Origin: an uncultured Gammaproteobacteria bacterium
Lineage (GTDB): Bacteria; Pseudomonadota; Gammaproteobacteria; JAAEPA01
Assembly: GCA_963731655.1 (NCBI GenBank)
Contig: CAVSWL010000019.1
Span: 40,609-104,608 of the forward strand
Length of the DNA stretch: 64,000 nucleotides
Direction of reading: 5' to 3'
The position numbers and the translations under genes are program-made. This document shows, piece after piece, positions 28,177 to 38,228 of this stretch. The notes under the pieces were generated by a model. The model ran no database searches, was not told where the DNA came from, and saw only the letters and a program-made list of their open reading frames with translations. The stretch's first letter is position 1. Each line of letters begins with the position of its first letter.

Positions 28177-28465
28177 ATGCTTACTCCGTGGAGGTTGCCA
28201 ACCTAATCTGAATCCAAGCGTTTAGATTGTCGTAACTCTTTGCAAAGATTATGTTTTATAAGATCGCTCAAACGCTTTCGATAGGCAGCCTCCGTCGTTT
28301 AAGATAGAAAAACCGGGGACACCGCTGAACTGCGGTGCGAGGCTGAGAGGATAGCATCATCCGCGGCTGGCGCGGACGACACCCGTCCTTCTAAATAAGC
28401 AATGGGTGTTTGCTCCCCATTTATAAGCTGCTAAGTTCCTTAAGTTTTTTGTGCTTATCCGTTAT

Positions 28466-29341
28466 TCAGTGACAGCTAACCTTGTGCGCGGGAGCATAAC
28501 CTTTCTTGAGAATGATGCATTGACCTGTATCACTCAGGATCCATTCGAGGTATTTTTTGATTTCGCCGCTGGGTTTTCCGTTGGTGTACATAAATAGAGG
28601 GCGGGCGATCGGATAGCTGCGGTCGCTGGCAGTGGCCACGCTGGGGCTGATGCAGGGTTCGCCTGCTTTAAGAGAGATACAAGCCATTTTAACCCGATCG
28701 GTGGCATAGGCCAGTCCACTGTAACCGATGGCGCAGGGTGTTTTTTCGACCAAGTCAACTACGTCTTTGGACCCGTGCATGTCACGAGTACCTAGTTTGT
28801 AATCGCGTTGTTTACCCAGAATAGCTTCACGAAAATAAGCGTAAGTCCCCGAACTATTCTGCCGGCTTACCAAGACGATCTGCTGAGCTTTGCAGCCGGG
28901 CACCTGAACACCCAGATCCGACCATTTGGTAGTTTTTCCTTCTTCGCCATAGATTTCCGCCAACTGGGCAATGTCGAATGAATTTAAGGGGTTATTTTTA
29001 TTTACAAAGACGGCTAATGCATCGTAACCCACGATATATTTGACTGGATACTGTCCGCGTTGATTGGCGAGCGACAATTCCTTGGATTTCATTTCGCGAC
29101 TCGCATTGGCGATATCCACAGTGCCATTGATCAAGGCGGCGATCCCCGTGCCGGAACCACCTCCGGTTACGGAAACGGCTACATCGGGTTCAACCTTCCG
29201 GTACTCTTCGGCCCAGGCTTGGGCTACATTGACCAAGGTGTCGGAGCCCTTGTTCTGGATCAGAGTGCGTGCGTCGGCGGTTGTGTAAAGAAGGGCTAGC
29301 GTAGCGATCAAAAAGGATATTGTTCGATGTTGTAAATACAT
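28466..29341 (-). CDS. pstS: Phosphate-binding protein PstS
   Basis: Signal peptide, KGSDT, GGGSGTG, ANASR, SSGTY and YPIARPLFMY. Confidence 0.93.
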   Translation of the reverse strand: MYLQHRTISFLIATLALLYTTADARTLIQNKGSDTLVNVAQAWAEEYRKVEPDVAVSVTGGGSGTGIAALINGTVDIANASREMKSKELSLANQRGQYPVKYIVGYDALAVFVNKNNPLNSFDIAQLAEIYGEEGKTTKWSDLGVQVPGCKAQQIVLVSRQNSSGTYAYFREAILGKQRDYKLGTRDMHGSKDVVDLVEKTPCAIGYSGLAYATDRVKMACISLKAGEPCISPSVATASDRSYPIARPLFMYTNGKPSGEIKKYLEWILSDTGQCIILKKGYAPAHKVSCH

Positions 29342-29552
29342 GGTTATTCCTGTGCGTTTTCTCGACTAATGTAGTTATTTAGTGCTATTTGAGCGAAGAG
29401 TCTATTACGGCGAATAAAGTTGATGAATCAATTTAGATCGTCTTAAGACTAACCTTCCCTTGGAACCCTTAGGCTTGTGAGGGAGGGCTGTTGATAAATT
29501 CAATTTGACTTTATTGGGGGGCTATCCAACGACCCATCGAAAATCACTACTT

Positions 29553-29602
29553 ATTTCATAAATATTACTTTGAAATTACAAAAATATTAAGAATTTATTA
29601 AA
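29553..29602 (-). promoter_or_regulatory. Pho-box-like array of five 11-bp-spaced half sites upstream of pstS
   Basis: Minus-strand hexamers TTTAAT, CTTAAT, TGTAAT, AGTAAT, TGAAAT at exactly 11-bp spacing (plus-strand starts 29597, 29586, 29575, 29564, 29553), resembling TGTCAT. Confidence 0.6.
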
Positions 29603-29609
29603 CCCCCTT

Positions 29610-29637
29610 AAACGGGGTGAGCTCGAATCGCCCGTTT
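29610..29637 (-). terminator. Hairpin after the ParA gene
   Basis: AAACGGG...CCCGTTT inverted repeat just downstream of the ParA stop. Confidence 0.45.
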
Positions 29638-29655
29638 CAAGCGGCTTGAGCTAAT

Positions 29656-30408
29656 CTAAGGGGGTAATGTGCGATTTTTGATTTCAGTCCAGAGTGCTTC
29701 AAAGGCCTTGACGGCGGGACTACGGGCACTCGCGAACCTATGGATAACTTCGCGCTGGATACCCATGCGTTCCACTTCACTGGCATTGGGTATGATGGTT
29801 GTTAGAAATTCCGGTCGTTCTTTTGGCAACTGCTGAATAATCTCCCGATGCAGGGATTTGCGTTGGTCAACCATGGAGAAGAAAGGTAGCAATTTGAGCC
29901 CGCTCGGTTCATCTTTGCTGAGAAACTGATCCAGTTGAATTAATGTTCGCAATGAGAGCGTGGTAGGAATGATGGGCACTAATAGGGCATCGGTAGCATG
30001 AAACACATTTTCGGACAGCCAGGAGATGCTCGGTGGACAGTCTAAAAAGACATGCTCATAGTCGCTGCTAAGTGGCTTAATGAGTTTGTGTAGCCGGCGA
30101 TTGGGTTTTTTTGCGCTATCCAGGAACAGATCCATGTTACGGTATGAAAAGTCCGCAGGCAGTAAATCGAGATTGTCATAATCTGTCCCTTTGATTAAAT
30201 CATCAAGTGCTTGTTTGCCGCCTAGCAGTTTTTTGCTGCCCCCTTTGATTTTAGCTTTGATTCGAAAATAGAACGTTGACGCGCCTTGAGGGTCCAGATC
30301 CCATACCAAGGTGCGGTATCCATCGCGGGCTGACAGGTAAGCTAAATTGACTGCGGTAGCCGTCTTGCCGACGCCGCCTTTGATATTGTAAGTCGCGAAT
30401 ACTCTCAT
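29656..30408 (-). CDS. ParA/MinD-family ATPase
   Basis: KGGVGKT deviant Walker A, DLDPQG and LDCPP; overlaps the CHAD gene stop (ATGA). Confidence 0.88.
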   Translation of the reverse strand: MRVFATYNIKGGVGKTATAVNLAYLSARDGYRTLVWDLDPQGASTFYFRIKAKIKGGSKKLLGGKQALDDLIKGTDYDNLDLLPADFSYRNMDLFLDSAKKPNRRLHKLIKPLSSDYEHVFLDCPPSISWLSENVFHATDALLVPIIPTTLSLRTLIQLDQFLSKDEPSGLKLLPFFSMVDQRKSLHREIIQQLPKERPEFLTTIIPNASEVERMGIQREVIHRFASARSPAVKAFEALWTEIKNRTLPP

Positions 30409-31991
30409 GATTTTAGGGTTTGGAGCGACGCTTGGGGTTGGTCATAGAATAACGCCTTAAAGTGCTGCTGATGGTCTTGCGATCCGAATTCGTCAAAGCA
30501 ATTAGCGAAGCTCTCCCGCACCTGGCGCTGATGATTTGCTAGGTTTTCTATCAAAATTCCCATTGCCATGAGGGTGCCTGCTGGCGCCCGACCTTCCGCT
30601 AACATCTGCTCGCTGTAATATTTTAAAGTGGTTATCTGGACTTCGTAATCTTGAAATTCGCCAAGATTGTCTTGCAATGTCTTCAGCACTTTTATGAGTG
30701 CCCTAATCTCTGAGGGTGGGTAAAGGCTTTGGAAAAACTCCATAAGGTAACGCAGTTTTTTGCAAGTCTTTCGTAGTTCGTGCAAGGCTTCGGCAGGCGT
30801 TTGGGGTTTGATTGCACGTCCCTCTTTGAGGGCATGCCGGTAGACACGCCAAGTTCGTTCTTTAGCGACCGATAGTATGGGTCTGCTGGCGTTTGGCCGC
30901 GTGGAACGGGAAGGGATGGGAGCCTCAAGAAATTTCCGCCAAGCGTTAACCAATCGCTTGTAACGCGGTGAAGACAGCGCTTTCGCCAGCGCTTGTTGTT
31001 CTGCCTGCTGACGTTGTTGTAAAAAATCACGCAACGCATCCAGATCGTTCCGCATCGATTCCGGCAGGCTGTTCTGGTAGCCGTTGAATTTCAATAGATA
31101 TACGTCGAGATCGCGGGTCGGACCGGTGATTTGGCCCAGCCAGGCAAATTCCGTTTTAAAGCGCTTGAGGATCGCCTCTGGGAGGACATCCTTGATTTGG
31201 CTTAACGCAGACCGGGTACGGCGCACCGCAACCCGAAAATCGTGGAGAAATTCGCTATCAATCGCCTCTCGCGTGCCTTCCTCATTATCTTGCATTGTCG
31301 TTAACAAGCGCCTTAAGATGAGCCGGGTTGCCTCATCGGCACGCAGTTCTGGGCTGAGGTTCACATTCAACTTGGGGCTGTAGGTTCCGGGTTGACGTCC
31401 GCAAGCCTCCAGCGCCATGAGCAATAGACTTCCCTCGGCGGGAGCAAGCTCGAGCTCGGTCTCAATATCCTGTGCGATGCGCTCTGCTGATCTGTCGTAG
31501 CCTTTAATTGGCACCACTTTTATTATCTTACCCAAACGTGTCTTGAGTTCCGCATGCGCCACACTATTGTCCTCGATAATTATCCGAACTGTGGTTTTCT
31601 CGCGTTTATCCACACCTTTTAATGGGTGTGTCCGGGTGATTACGGTGGTTTGAGGAATCAAGGCGCGCATTTCGATCATGGGTTCCAAGAGTTTGCGTAA
31701 TCTGGTTGGTGGCAGATCCCAAGCGTATTGCGGAGTATGCCCAACACTCTGGCTGGCGTGTACTTCACCGGACTCCAGTTGGTTAAGATAAAGTAGTGAG
31801 TCTCCGTTTCTCGATTGTGCTTCCAGTGCCAGGTGTTTAGCATAGATTCGCCAATCAAAGGTGTCATAGTAGATGCGTGTTGCTGTTGTTGTCGGTTCCT
31901 CTTGTAGCTGGTTCGATTCTCGGAGCTTTGAGATCACGTGGTGAATACTCATGGAAGGAGGAATGATAAACTGGAAGTGATGAAATGGCAT
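30405..31991 (-). CDS. CHAD-domain polyphosphate-binding protein with CYTH-like N-terminus
   Basis: YYDTFDWR, LHDFRVAVRRTRS, RDLDV, LHELRKTCKKLRY and LQDNLG. Confidence 0.88.
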   Translation of the reverse strand: MPFHHFQFIIPPSMSIHHVISKLRESNQLQEEPTTTATRIYYDTFDWRIYAKHLALEAQSRNGDSLLYLNQLESGEVHASQSVGHTPQYAWDLPPTRLRKLLEPMIEMRALIPQTTVITRTHPLKGVDKREKTTVRIIIEDNSVAHAELKTRLGKIIKVVPIKGYDRSAERIAQDIETELELAPAEGSLLLMALEACGRQPGTYSPKLNVNLSPELRADEATRLILRRLLTTMQDNEEGTREAIDSEFLHDFRVAVRRTRSALSQIKDVLPEAILKRFKTEFAWLGQITGPTRDLDVYLLKFNGYQNSLPESMRNDLDALRDFLQQRQQAEQQALAKALSSPRYKRLVNAWRKFLEAPIPSRSTRPNASRPILSVAKERTWRVYRHALKEGRAIKPQTPAEALHELRKTCKKLRYLMEFFQSLYPPSEIRALIKVLKTLQDNLGEFQDYEVQITTLKYYSEQMLAEGRAPAGTLMAMGILIENLANHQRQVRESFANCFDEFGSQDHQQHFKALFYDQPQASLQTLKS

Positions 31992-32412
31992 GGTACTTTC
32001 CTCTGTAGAACGCCAGGTCGAGCTATTTTGTTTCTCTACGCATACCCAAGTTGGGTCATGAGTTAACAGCGCCTATTAACCGTTATTTTACCCAATAGAT
32101 TCCTTCAAACGAGATCTCCCTAGGGTGGTTGTGTGGCTCTGAAAGGGGATACAATACAAAATACAGATTAAGATGCGAAATATAAAAATATACAATATTT
32201 AAGTAAGCTTAAGTGAATATTAGGCGCCATCGATCCCGCACCAATACCCAGTTTTCCATCCAAAGCTGTGACTGTCCTGCTGTCCGCTGAACCCTACTCC
32301 TTGGCTGAGTACGCCTTGATCCATCCCCGTCCGATTTTTTGAACCGCATGACGAATCAGCTTGAATTCGCGCTACAGGCGTGTTTCGTAGAGCAGCCGTA
32401 ACAGGATTCCAG

Positions 32413-33657
32413 GTGAACCAACTGCTCATCTTATTTTTCTTATTGTGCCTTTCCGCTTTATTTTCTGGATCGGAAACCGCACTGATTACGCTTTCCATGG
32501 GACGAGTTCAAAGTCTCGTAAAGGAAGGCCGCCGTGGTGCCCAGGCGTTGTTACAGCTTAAGAGCGATCCTTCACGGATGCTTATTACACTTTTGATCGG
32601 CAACAATCTGGTCAATATTGCCGCCTCTGCGATGGCTACGGTACTTGCAACCGAATGGTTTGGCCACCTCGGACCGGGGATTGCGGTGGGGGTGCTGACG
32701 ATCGTTATTCTAATTTTTGGGGAAATTACTCCCAAGAGCTTGGCTACTCGTTACGCGGAGCGTATCTCGCTGTTCATCGCTTCACCTATGTACACATTGA
32801 TGCGTTTGATCTACCCGATCGTGTGGTTGTTTGGCCAACTGACGAATTGGATACAACGTATCACTCAGCTGGAGCGTGACCCCATAGTAACAGAGTCGGA
32901 ACTAATTAATCTCGCAGAACATGGTGTTGAGGAGGGTACGATTGAGTGCGATGAAAGGGAGATGATTGAGCGGGTATTCGCGTTTAACGATTTAGAGGCC
33001 AAGGACGTAATGACGCCGCGTAGCCAAGTTTTTGCACTGGATGGACGTTTATCTGTTAAGGCGGCGTTGCCAGATATAAAATCTTGGCGTTACTCACGTA
33101 TTCCAATTTTCGATAAGCATCCGCAGGAAATTCATAGAGTGGTCTATTTGCGGGATATCCTCGATACCTATACCAAGGGCAACACCGAGGTGTTGCTAAG
33201 CGAAATAGCGTACGAGCCTGATTTTGTCCCCGAAAATCAGCCAATCGATGAATTGTTCGCGAAACTGCGCAAAAAGAAACGTCGGCTGGTAATGGTTGTA
33301 GATGAATACGGCGTGATACAGGGGATCGTAACGCTCGAAGATTTACTGGAGGAATTGGTGGGTGAGATCTACGACGAGAGCGATAAGCCCCAAGGTGTTC
33401 AAATACTTTCCGATGAGAATATTGCCGTGGATGGCATTGTAGAACTCAGGGTAATCGAAGAGCACTTCAAAATTGATTTAGCCGGTAAACCCACCGATAC
33501 CGTTAACCTGTGGATACTCAACCATACGGAACGAATTCCGGAAATAGACGAGCACTTCCTCATTGATGGCCTGCAGGTAACGATAGCTAAGGCAACGCGG
33601 CGCCGAATCCGTCAGGTTATCATTACGCACACGCCCGCTGATAATGAGGGTGATTGA
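32413..33657 (+). CDS. CNNM/CorC/TlyC-family membrane protein (DUF21, CBS pair, CorC_HlyC)
   Basis: SALFSGSETA, LIGNNLVN, FGEITPK, VMTPR and VVDEYG...TLEDLLEELVGEI. GTG start after ACAGGA. Confidence 0.9.
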   Translation: MNQLLILFFLLCLSALFSGSETALITLSMGRVQSLVKEGRRGAQALLQLKSDPSRMLITLLIGNNLVNIAASAMATVLATEWFGHLGPGIAVGVLTIVILIFGEITPKSLATRYAERISLFIASPMYTLMRLIYPIVWLFGQLTNWIQRITQLERDPIVTESELINLAEHGVEEGTIECDEREMIERVFAFNDLEAKDVMTPRSQVFALDGRLSVKAALPDIKSWRYSRIPIFDKHPQEIHRVVYLRDILDTYTKGNTEVLLSEIAYEPDFVPENQPIDELFAKLRKKKRRLVMVVDEYGVIQGIVTLEDLLEELVGEIYDESDKPQGVQILSDENIAVDGIVELRVIEEHFKIDLAGKPTDTVNLWILNHTERIPEIDEHFLIDGLQVTIAKATRRRIRQVIITHTPADNEGD

Positions 33658-34181
33658 ACGTCTCGCCCTCAGCAGCTATTTTAAAACCCCTTAGCTAGCG
33701 ATACGGCGTTATAAAACGGTTCGAAAGCCTCATTTTACTCCCGTTTAAACTGCGCTTTATGCCGGGCCTCCTGTCCTCCGCCCCTTCGAGCCAGCAAACC
33801 TGCTAAAAATCGCTCTTGGCGACGCACTCACCGGAGTAGTTCTAGAACAGGTGCTTAGATTGAGCTTGCCCAGGCACCGTATTTTGGTTCCCCCCGATTT
33901 GTTTCCATACGTTGCATCCAAGCTTACTACAGGGTGGTCAATTTAGGCTGTTGACGGGATCCCGGTCGGGAACCGGTAAGAAGAAATTCGGGATTATTCG
34001 TCGTGAAGCGTTCGACACAACGCGTAATGGATTGATATTTTTGGAGCAAATACTTTACCACATTCTTTTGGATCGGATGACAAAGCTCTCTATCTAAGCT
34101 TCTTGCTGGGTGTACTCTCGAGGCTTGAGAGAGAGCAGATCCTCAATCCCCAATCTATCCGCACGATTTGAGTATATCGCA

Positions 34182-35714
34182 ATGTCAAATGAGCTCCAAA
34201 AACTATTGTCTTACGTTCCAAAAGTGTGGGGACACCGTTGGCTCGTGCTGGTAACCGCCATTGTAATTTGTGCGATCGGCTGGCCGATTGTATTGGTGCT
34301 TCCCGACCAATATGAAGTGAGCGCTAAGGTCTATCTTAATACCCAAACGGTGTTAAAGCCTCTGCTCCGAGGGATTGCGGTGGATAGTTCGACGACACAG
34401 CAAACGGCCATGGTCTTAAGGCGAACTTTATTGAGCCGTCCTAATATGGAAAAAGTCGCGCGTGCTACCGGAATGGACCTAAAAGCAGGCGCCCCTGAAC
34501 GCTATGAACGCCTATTAAAAGATCTAGCGAATGAAATTAAAATGGAAGGTGGTGGAACAGAACAGATCTACTCCATCTCCTATCGGAATAAAGATCCACG
34601 GCAAGCAAAGCATGTGGTGCAAGAAGTGTTAAGTCTATTCGTGGAGGGTGCTCTCGGTGAAACCCGGCAAGATAATACGAGCACCAAGCAGTTTTTAAAT
34701 GAGCAAATAGCGCGATACGAAGTTAAACTCGAGTCCGCTGAAAACAAGTTGAAGGAATTTAAGCGCAAGAATGTGGGATTAATGCCGGGAGAAGGGCAAA
34801 CTTATTTTACGCAGTTGTCCGCTTCCACGGATCAACTCAACAGTGCCCGATTAGAGTTGAGCGAAGCGATCAAACGGCGTGATGAGTTAAGCAAACAGAT
34901 TGCCGATATTAAGGATCCTTCTAAACTTCCGAGTAGTCCAAGGAGTAGCCCCTTACAGGCAAAGCTGAATGAATTGTTATTAAATTATACGGAAAATCAT
35001 CCAGATGTGATTGCCCTGAAGCGCCTCATCGCTCAGCAAGAAGGGCTACCGAAAAACGAATTGCCTGATGATTCGGAGACTGATCAGTCCGCTTCAAAGC
35101 TCCGGGGAAGTTTCGCCTATCAGGAATTGAAAGTTGCCCTTGGAAAGGCAGAAGCTGATGTGGCAGCACTTACCGTGCGCGTAAAGGAGCGGGAGGCTAT
35201 AGTCAATAAACTGCAAAAACTGATTGATACCATCCCCCAGGTCGAGGCTGAGCTGAAGAAAATGAATCGGGACTACAATATTATTAAGGATAATTACGAG
35301 GAAATGGTCAGGCGGCGTGAGCGTGCTAAGATTACTTATGAAGCTGAGAAAAGCACCGACGATGTCCAGTTCAAAATTATAGATCCTCCACGTGTCCCCT
35401 TATTACCGGTTGGCCCTAAGCGTCTGATTTTGTTAACTGCAGTGCTCGGTTTAGGGGCGGGTGGAGGCCTGGGCTTAGTCCTGTTATTGATTCAAATCAG
35501 ACCAACTTTCGATACGTGGCAGGATCTGCGAGAAGCCACCACATTTCCCGTGTTTGGCACCGTTTCGTTAATTCACACTTCCTATCGCCGCGCTAAAAAT
35601 CAGTTTCTGAGTGCTTCTTTCTGGTCGGTGTTGGGGCTGTGGATCATCAGCTTTATAGCACTTGCTAGCATGCAAGTGTTGCACATCAATCTTTCAGATC
35701 TAGTACAGCTATAA
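34182..35714 (+). CDS. Polysaccharide chain-length determinant (XrtA/PEP-CTERM-system type)
   Basis: Two TM segments, LLSRPNMEKV, YTENHPDV and IIDPPRVP; long coiled coils. Confidence 0.85.
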   Translation: MSNELQKLLSYVPKVWGHRWLVLVTAIVICAIGWPIVLVLPDQYEVSAKVYLNTQTVLKPLLRGIAVDSSTTQQTAMVLRRTLLSRPNMEKVARATGMDLKAGAPERYERLLKDLANEIKMEGGGTEQIYSISYRNKDPRQAKHVVQEVLSLFVEGALGETRQDNTSTKQFLNEQIARYEVKLESAENKLKEFKRKNVGLMPGEGQTYFTQLSASTDQLNSARLELSEAIKRRDELSKQIADIKDPSKLPSSPRSSPLQAKLNELLLNYTENHPDVIALKRLIAQQEGLPKNELPDDSETDQSASKLRGSFAYQELKVALGKAEADVAALTVRVKEREAIVNKLQKLIDTIPQVEAELKKMNRDYNIIKDNYEEMVRRRERAKITYEAEKSTDDVQFKIIDPPRVPLLPVGPKRLILLTAVLGLGAGGGLGLVLLLIQIRPTFDTWQDLREATTFPVFGTVSLIHTSYRRAKNQFLSASFWSVLGLWIISFIALASMQVLHINLSDLVQL

Positions 35715-35730
35715 CCGAGATTGGATCGTT

Positions 35731-36663
35731 ATGAGTAGTTTCGAAAGAGTGGGCAGCTTTGGAAAAGCAATGGATAAATACTTTAGGTCGGGAAATGGGG
35801 GTGGCCTACCTAACCCGTCTTCGAAATCACCGACCGCAACTGCTGAGTCGGGGGCTAGTCAAGCCTGCGAAGAACACGGCGTTGAAATGCTTTTAAGTGA
35901 AACGGAAGAAACAATCCACAAAAAAAAACTGACTCGGGTAACGCTTGATTTCGCACGCTTAAAATCACAAGGGATCGTAACCTCCGACTCCCTCCATCAT
36001 CAAACAATCGAAGAATATCGTGATATCAAACGGCCCTTATTGCAAAACGCATTTGGACAGGGAGGTATTTCAGTTAATAAGGGTAATTTAGTGATGGTTA
36101 CCAGCGCGGTTGCCGGCGAAGGTAAGACATTTACATCGGTAAACTTATCCCTCAGTATTGCTCGAGAATTAGATCGTACCGTATTGCTCATCGACGCCGA
36201 TGTAATTCGGCAAGGTGCAAGCCGAATGCTCGGTATCGATCATCACAGCGGATTAACCGATCTTCTATCCAATCCTACTCTAGGGGTCAATGATGTATTG
36301 GTCAGCTGCGACGTGCCAAAACTAAAGCTGCTACCAGCAGGTCAGGGCCATCCTAACGTCGCCGAGTTGATGGCTAGTGAAAACATGAGGCACCTTACGG
36401 AAGAGATGGCTAAGCGGTATGGTGATCGTTTGATCTTGTTCGATGCGCCTCCACTATTAGCGGCCAGTGAGGCGCGTGTGCTAGCAGGATTGGTGGGGCA
36501 AATACTTTTAGTAGTGGAGGCGGAAAGTACCACGCAGTTTATGGTGCAGGAAGCTGTATCTAAACTCGACAAATCGAAGGCGATTGGGTTGGTGTTGAAT
36601 AAGAGCCGGCAAAGAACCAGTAGTAATTATTTCTATGGTCCCCATCAATCCGTCGTCGAATAG
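35731..36663 (+). CDS. EPS-associated tyrosine autokinase (BY-kinase)
   Basis: EEYRDIKRPLL, VTSAVAGEGKT, LLIDAD and FDAPP; short Tyr-containing tail. Confidence 0.88.
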   Translation: MSSFERVGSFGKAMDKYFRSGNGGGLPNPSSKSPTATAESGASQACEEHGVEMLLSETEETIHKKKLTRVTLDFARLKSQGIVTSDSLHHQTIEEYRDIKRPLLQNAFGQGGISVNKGNLVMVTSAVAGEGKTFTSVNLSLSIARELDRTVLLIDADVIRQGASRMLGIDHHSGLTDLLSNPTLGVNDVLVSCDVPKLKLLPAGQGHPNVAELMASENMRHLTEEMAKRYGDRLILFDAPPLLAASEARVLAGLVGQILLVVEAESTTQFMVQEAVSKLDKSKAIGLVLNKSRQRTSSNYFYGPHQSVVE

Positions 36664-37267
36664 ACAACCGTCGGATAAGCTCAGAAGCTTGTTAAGGTGC
36701 ATCGGTTTGGACAGCATTCTCCCACATAGGGCATCTGTCCTTACAATCGATGACTTCAAGTATCTAGATTCAACTCCGAAGTACAACTCTGACTAAGCAG
36801 TCAAAGATAGTGAGATACGGTCACATCTGCGCTGTTCTCATTCCGCCAAGCTAGCTACACTTCGCCCACGAAAAACTTTACCCGATTTGCGCCTTGAAGA
36901 AAGCTGGAATTTAACAAAATAAACTCGTGGCCTTACTTAGGCGCAGTCCCTTGACGATCAGCCGCAACTCGCCATAACATCAAATAGGCGTTAGCTCCCG
37001 TTATCGGGTTGTCGCCGATACCAGGGGATTTATTGGTATCCGGTACTCATGATAATCACTAGGACGACTCCTTTGGCCGCCAGTTGGAACGAGATAAAAC
37101 CAGTGAATTTGAGGCGCTATGAACGGTTGACATCATCCCTTATCCATCTGGTAGCCTGGCGGTAATTTAATCAGTTCCAAGACTCTTATTATTCACACTT
37201 CAATTATTCGAAGTCAAAGCCGGTTTGTTTCTGATGGACCCAGAAAACGGACGTCTACTACTCTAAT

Positions 37268-38164
37268 ATGTCTAAGATGAAAAAAACTCCAGAACAGCCT
37301 TCACTGCAAGGAAGAATCTGTATGGTGACGGGAGGCACATCAGGCATTGGGCTGGCTACAGCCACAGCCCTAGCCTTCCAGGGTGCCAAGCTGATCGTGG
37401 TCAGTAGAGATCCCGCGCGTATCGATCATACCGTAGCGCAAATCCGAAATGATACGGGTAACGAAGCGGTGAGCGGCATACCGGTTGATTTATCCTCCCA
37501 TACCCAGATTGTCCAACTGGCGGCTGATTTTCAACAGCGCTTTGAGGGGCTTGACGTTCTGATCAATAATGCAGGGGGACTATTCTGTGAGCGGCGATTG
37601 AGCACGGACGGCATCGAAATGACTTTTGCACTCAATCACCTCGGTTATTTTTTATTGACACACGTCCTTTTGGATAGCTTAAAGGCTGGTGTCAAAGCGA
37701 GGATTGTCAACGTTGCCTCCAATGCCCATCGGAACGGACAGATTGAGTTTAGCAATCTACAAGGGGAGCTGCGTTACAATGGGTGGAAGGCTTACTGTCA
37801 TTCGAAACTAGCCAATATTCTCTTTACTTACCAACTCGCTGAGCGGCTCTTCGGAACAGGAATAACGGTAAACGCTTTACACCCTGGATTTGTTGCTACG
37901 CGCTTTGGTCGGGAAAATCGGGGTCTATTTGCGCTGATGCTAAAGTTGGGCATGCGCATGGCTGCGATCAGTCCAACAAAAGGGGCTGAAACCGCAGTTT
38001 ATCTTGCGAGTTCATCTGAAGTTGAAGCCGTAACAGGGAAGTATTGGTTCGAAAGGCGGCCCGTTCATTCTTCTTCCCTGTCTTACAATAAGGGAATAGC
38101 ACGGCGCTTGTGGCAGACCAGTATTGAGATGACTGGGATTGCCGCCGATAGGGCCTTTGTTTAG
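37268..38164 (+). CDS. Short-chain dehydrogenase/reductase (retinol-dehydrogenase-like)
   Basis: TGGTSGIG, NNAG, YCHSK and HPGFVAT. Confidence 0.9.
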   Translation: MSKMKKTPEQPSLQGRICMVTGGTSGIGLATATALAFQGAKLIVVSRDPARIDHTVAQIRNDTGNEAVSGIPVDLSSHTQIVQLAADFQQRFEGLDVLINNAGGLFCERRLSTDGIEMTFALNHLGYFLLTHVLLDSLKAGVKARIVNVASNAHRNGQIEFSNLQGELRYNGWKAYCHSKLANILFTYQLAERLFGTGITVNALHPGFVATRFGRENRGLFALMLKLGMRMAAISPTKGAETAVYLASSSEVEAVTGKYWFERRPVHSSSLSYNKGIARRLWQTSIEMTGIAADRAFV

Positions 38165-38228
38165 AAGTGGTTTCAAAACCTCTAATGCGATGCCAAACGT
38201 TCCGGAAGGGGTAAATCGTTCGCGTTTT

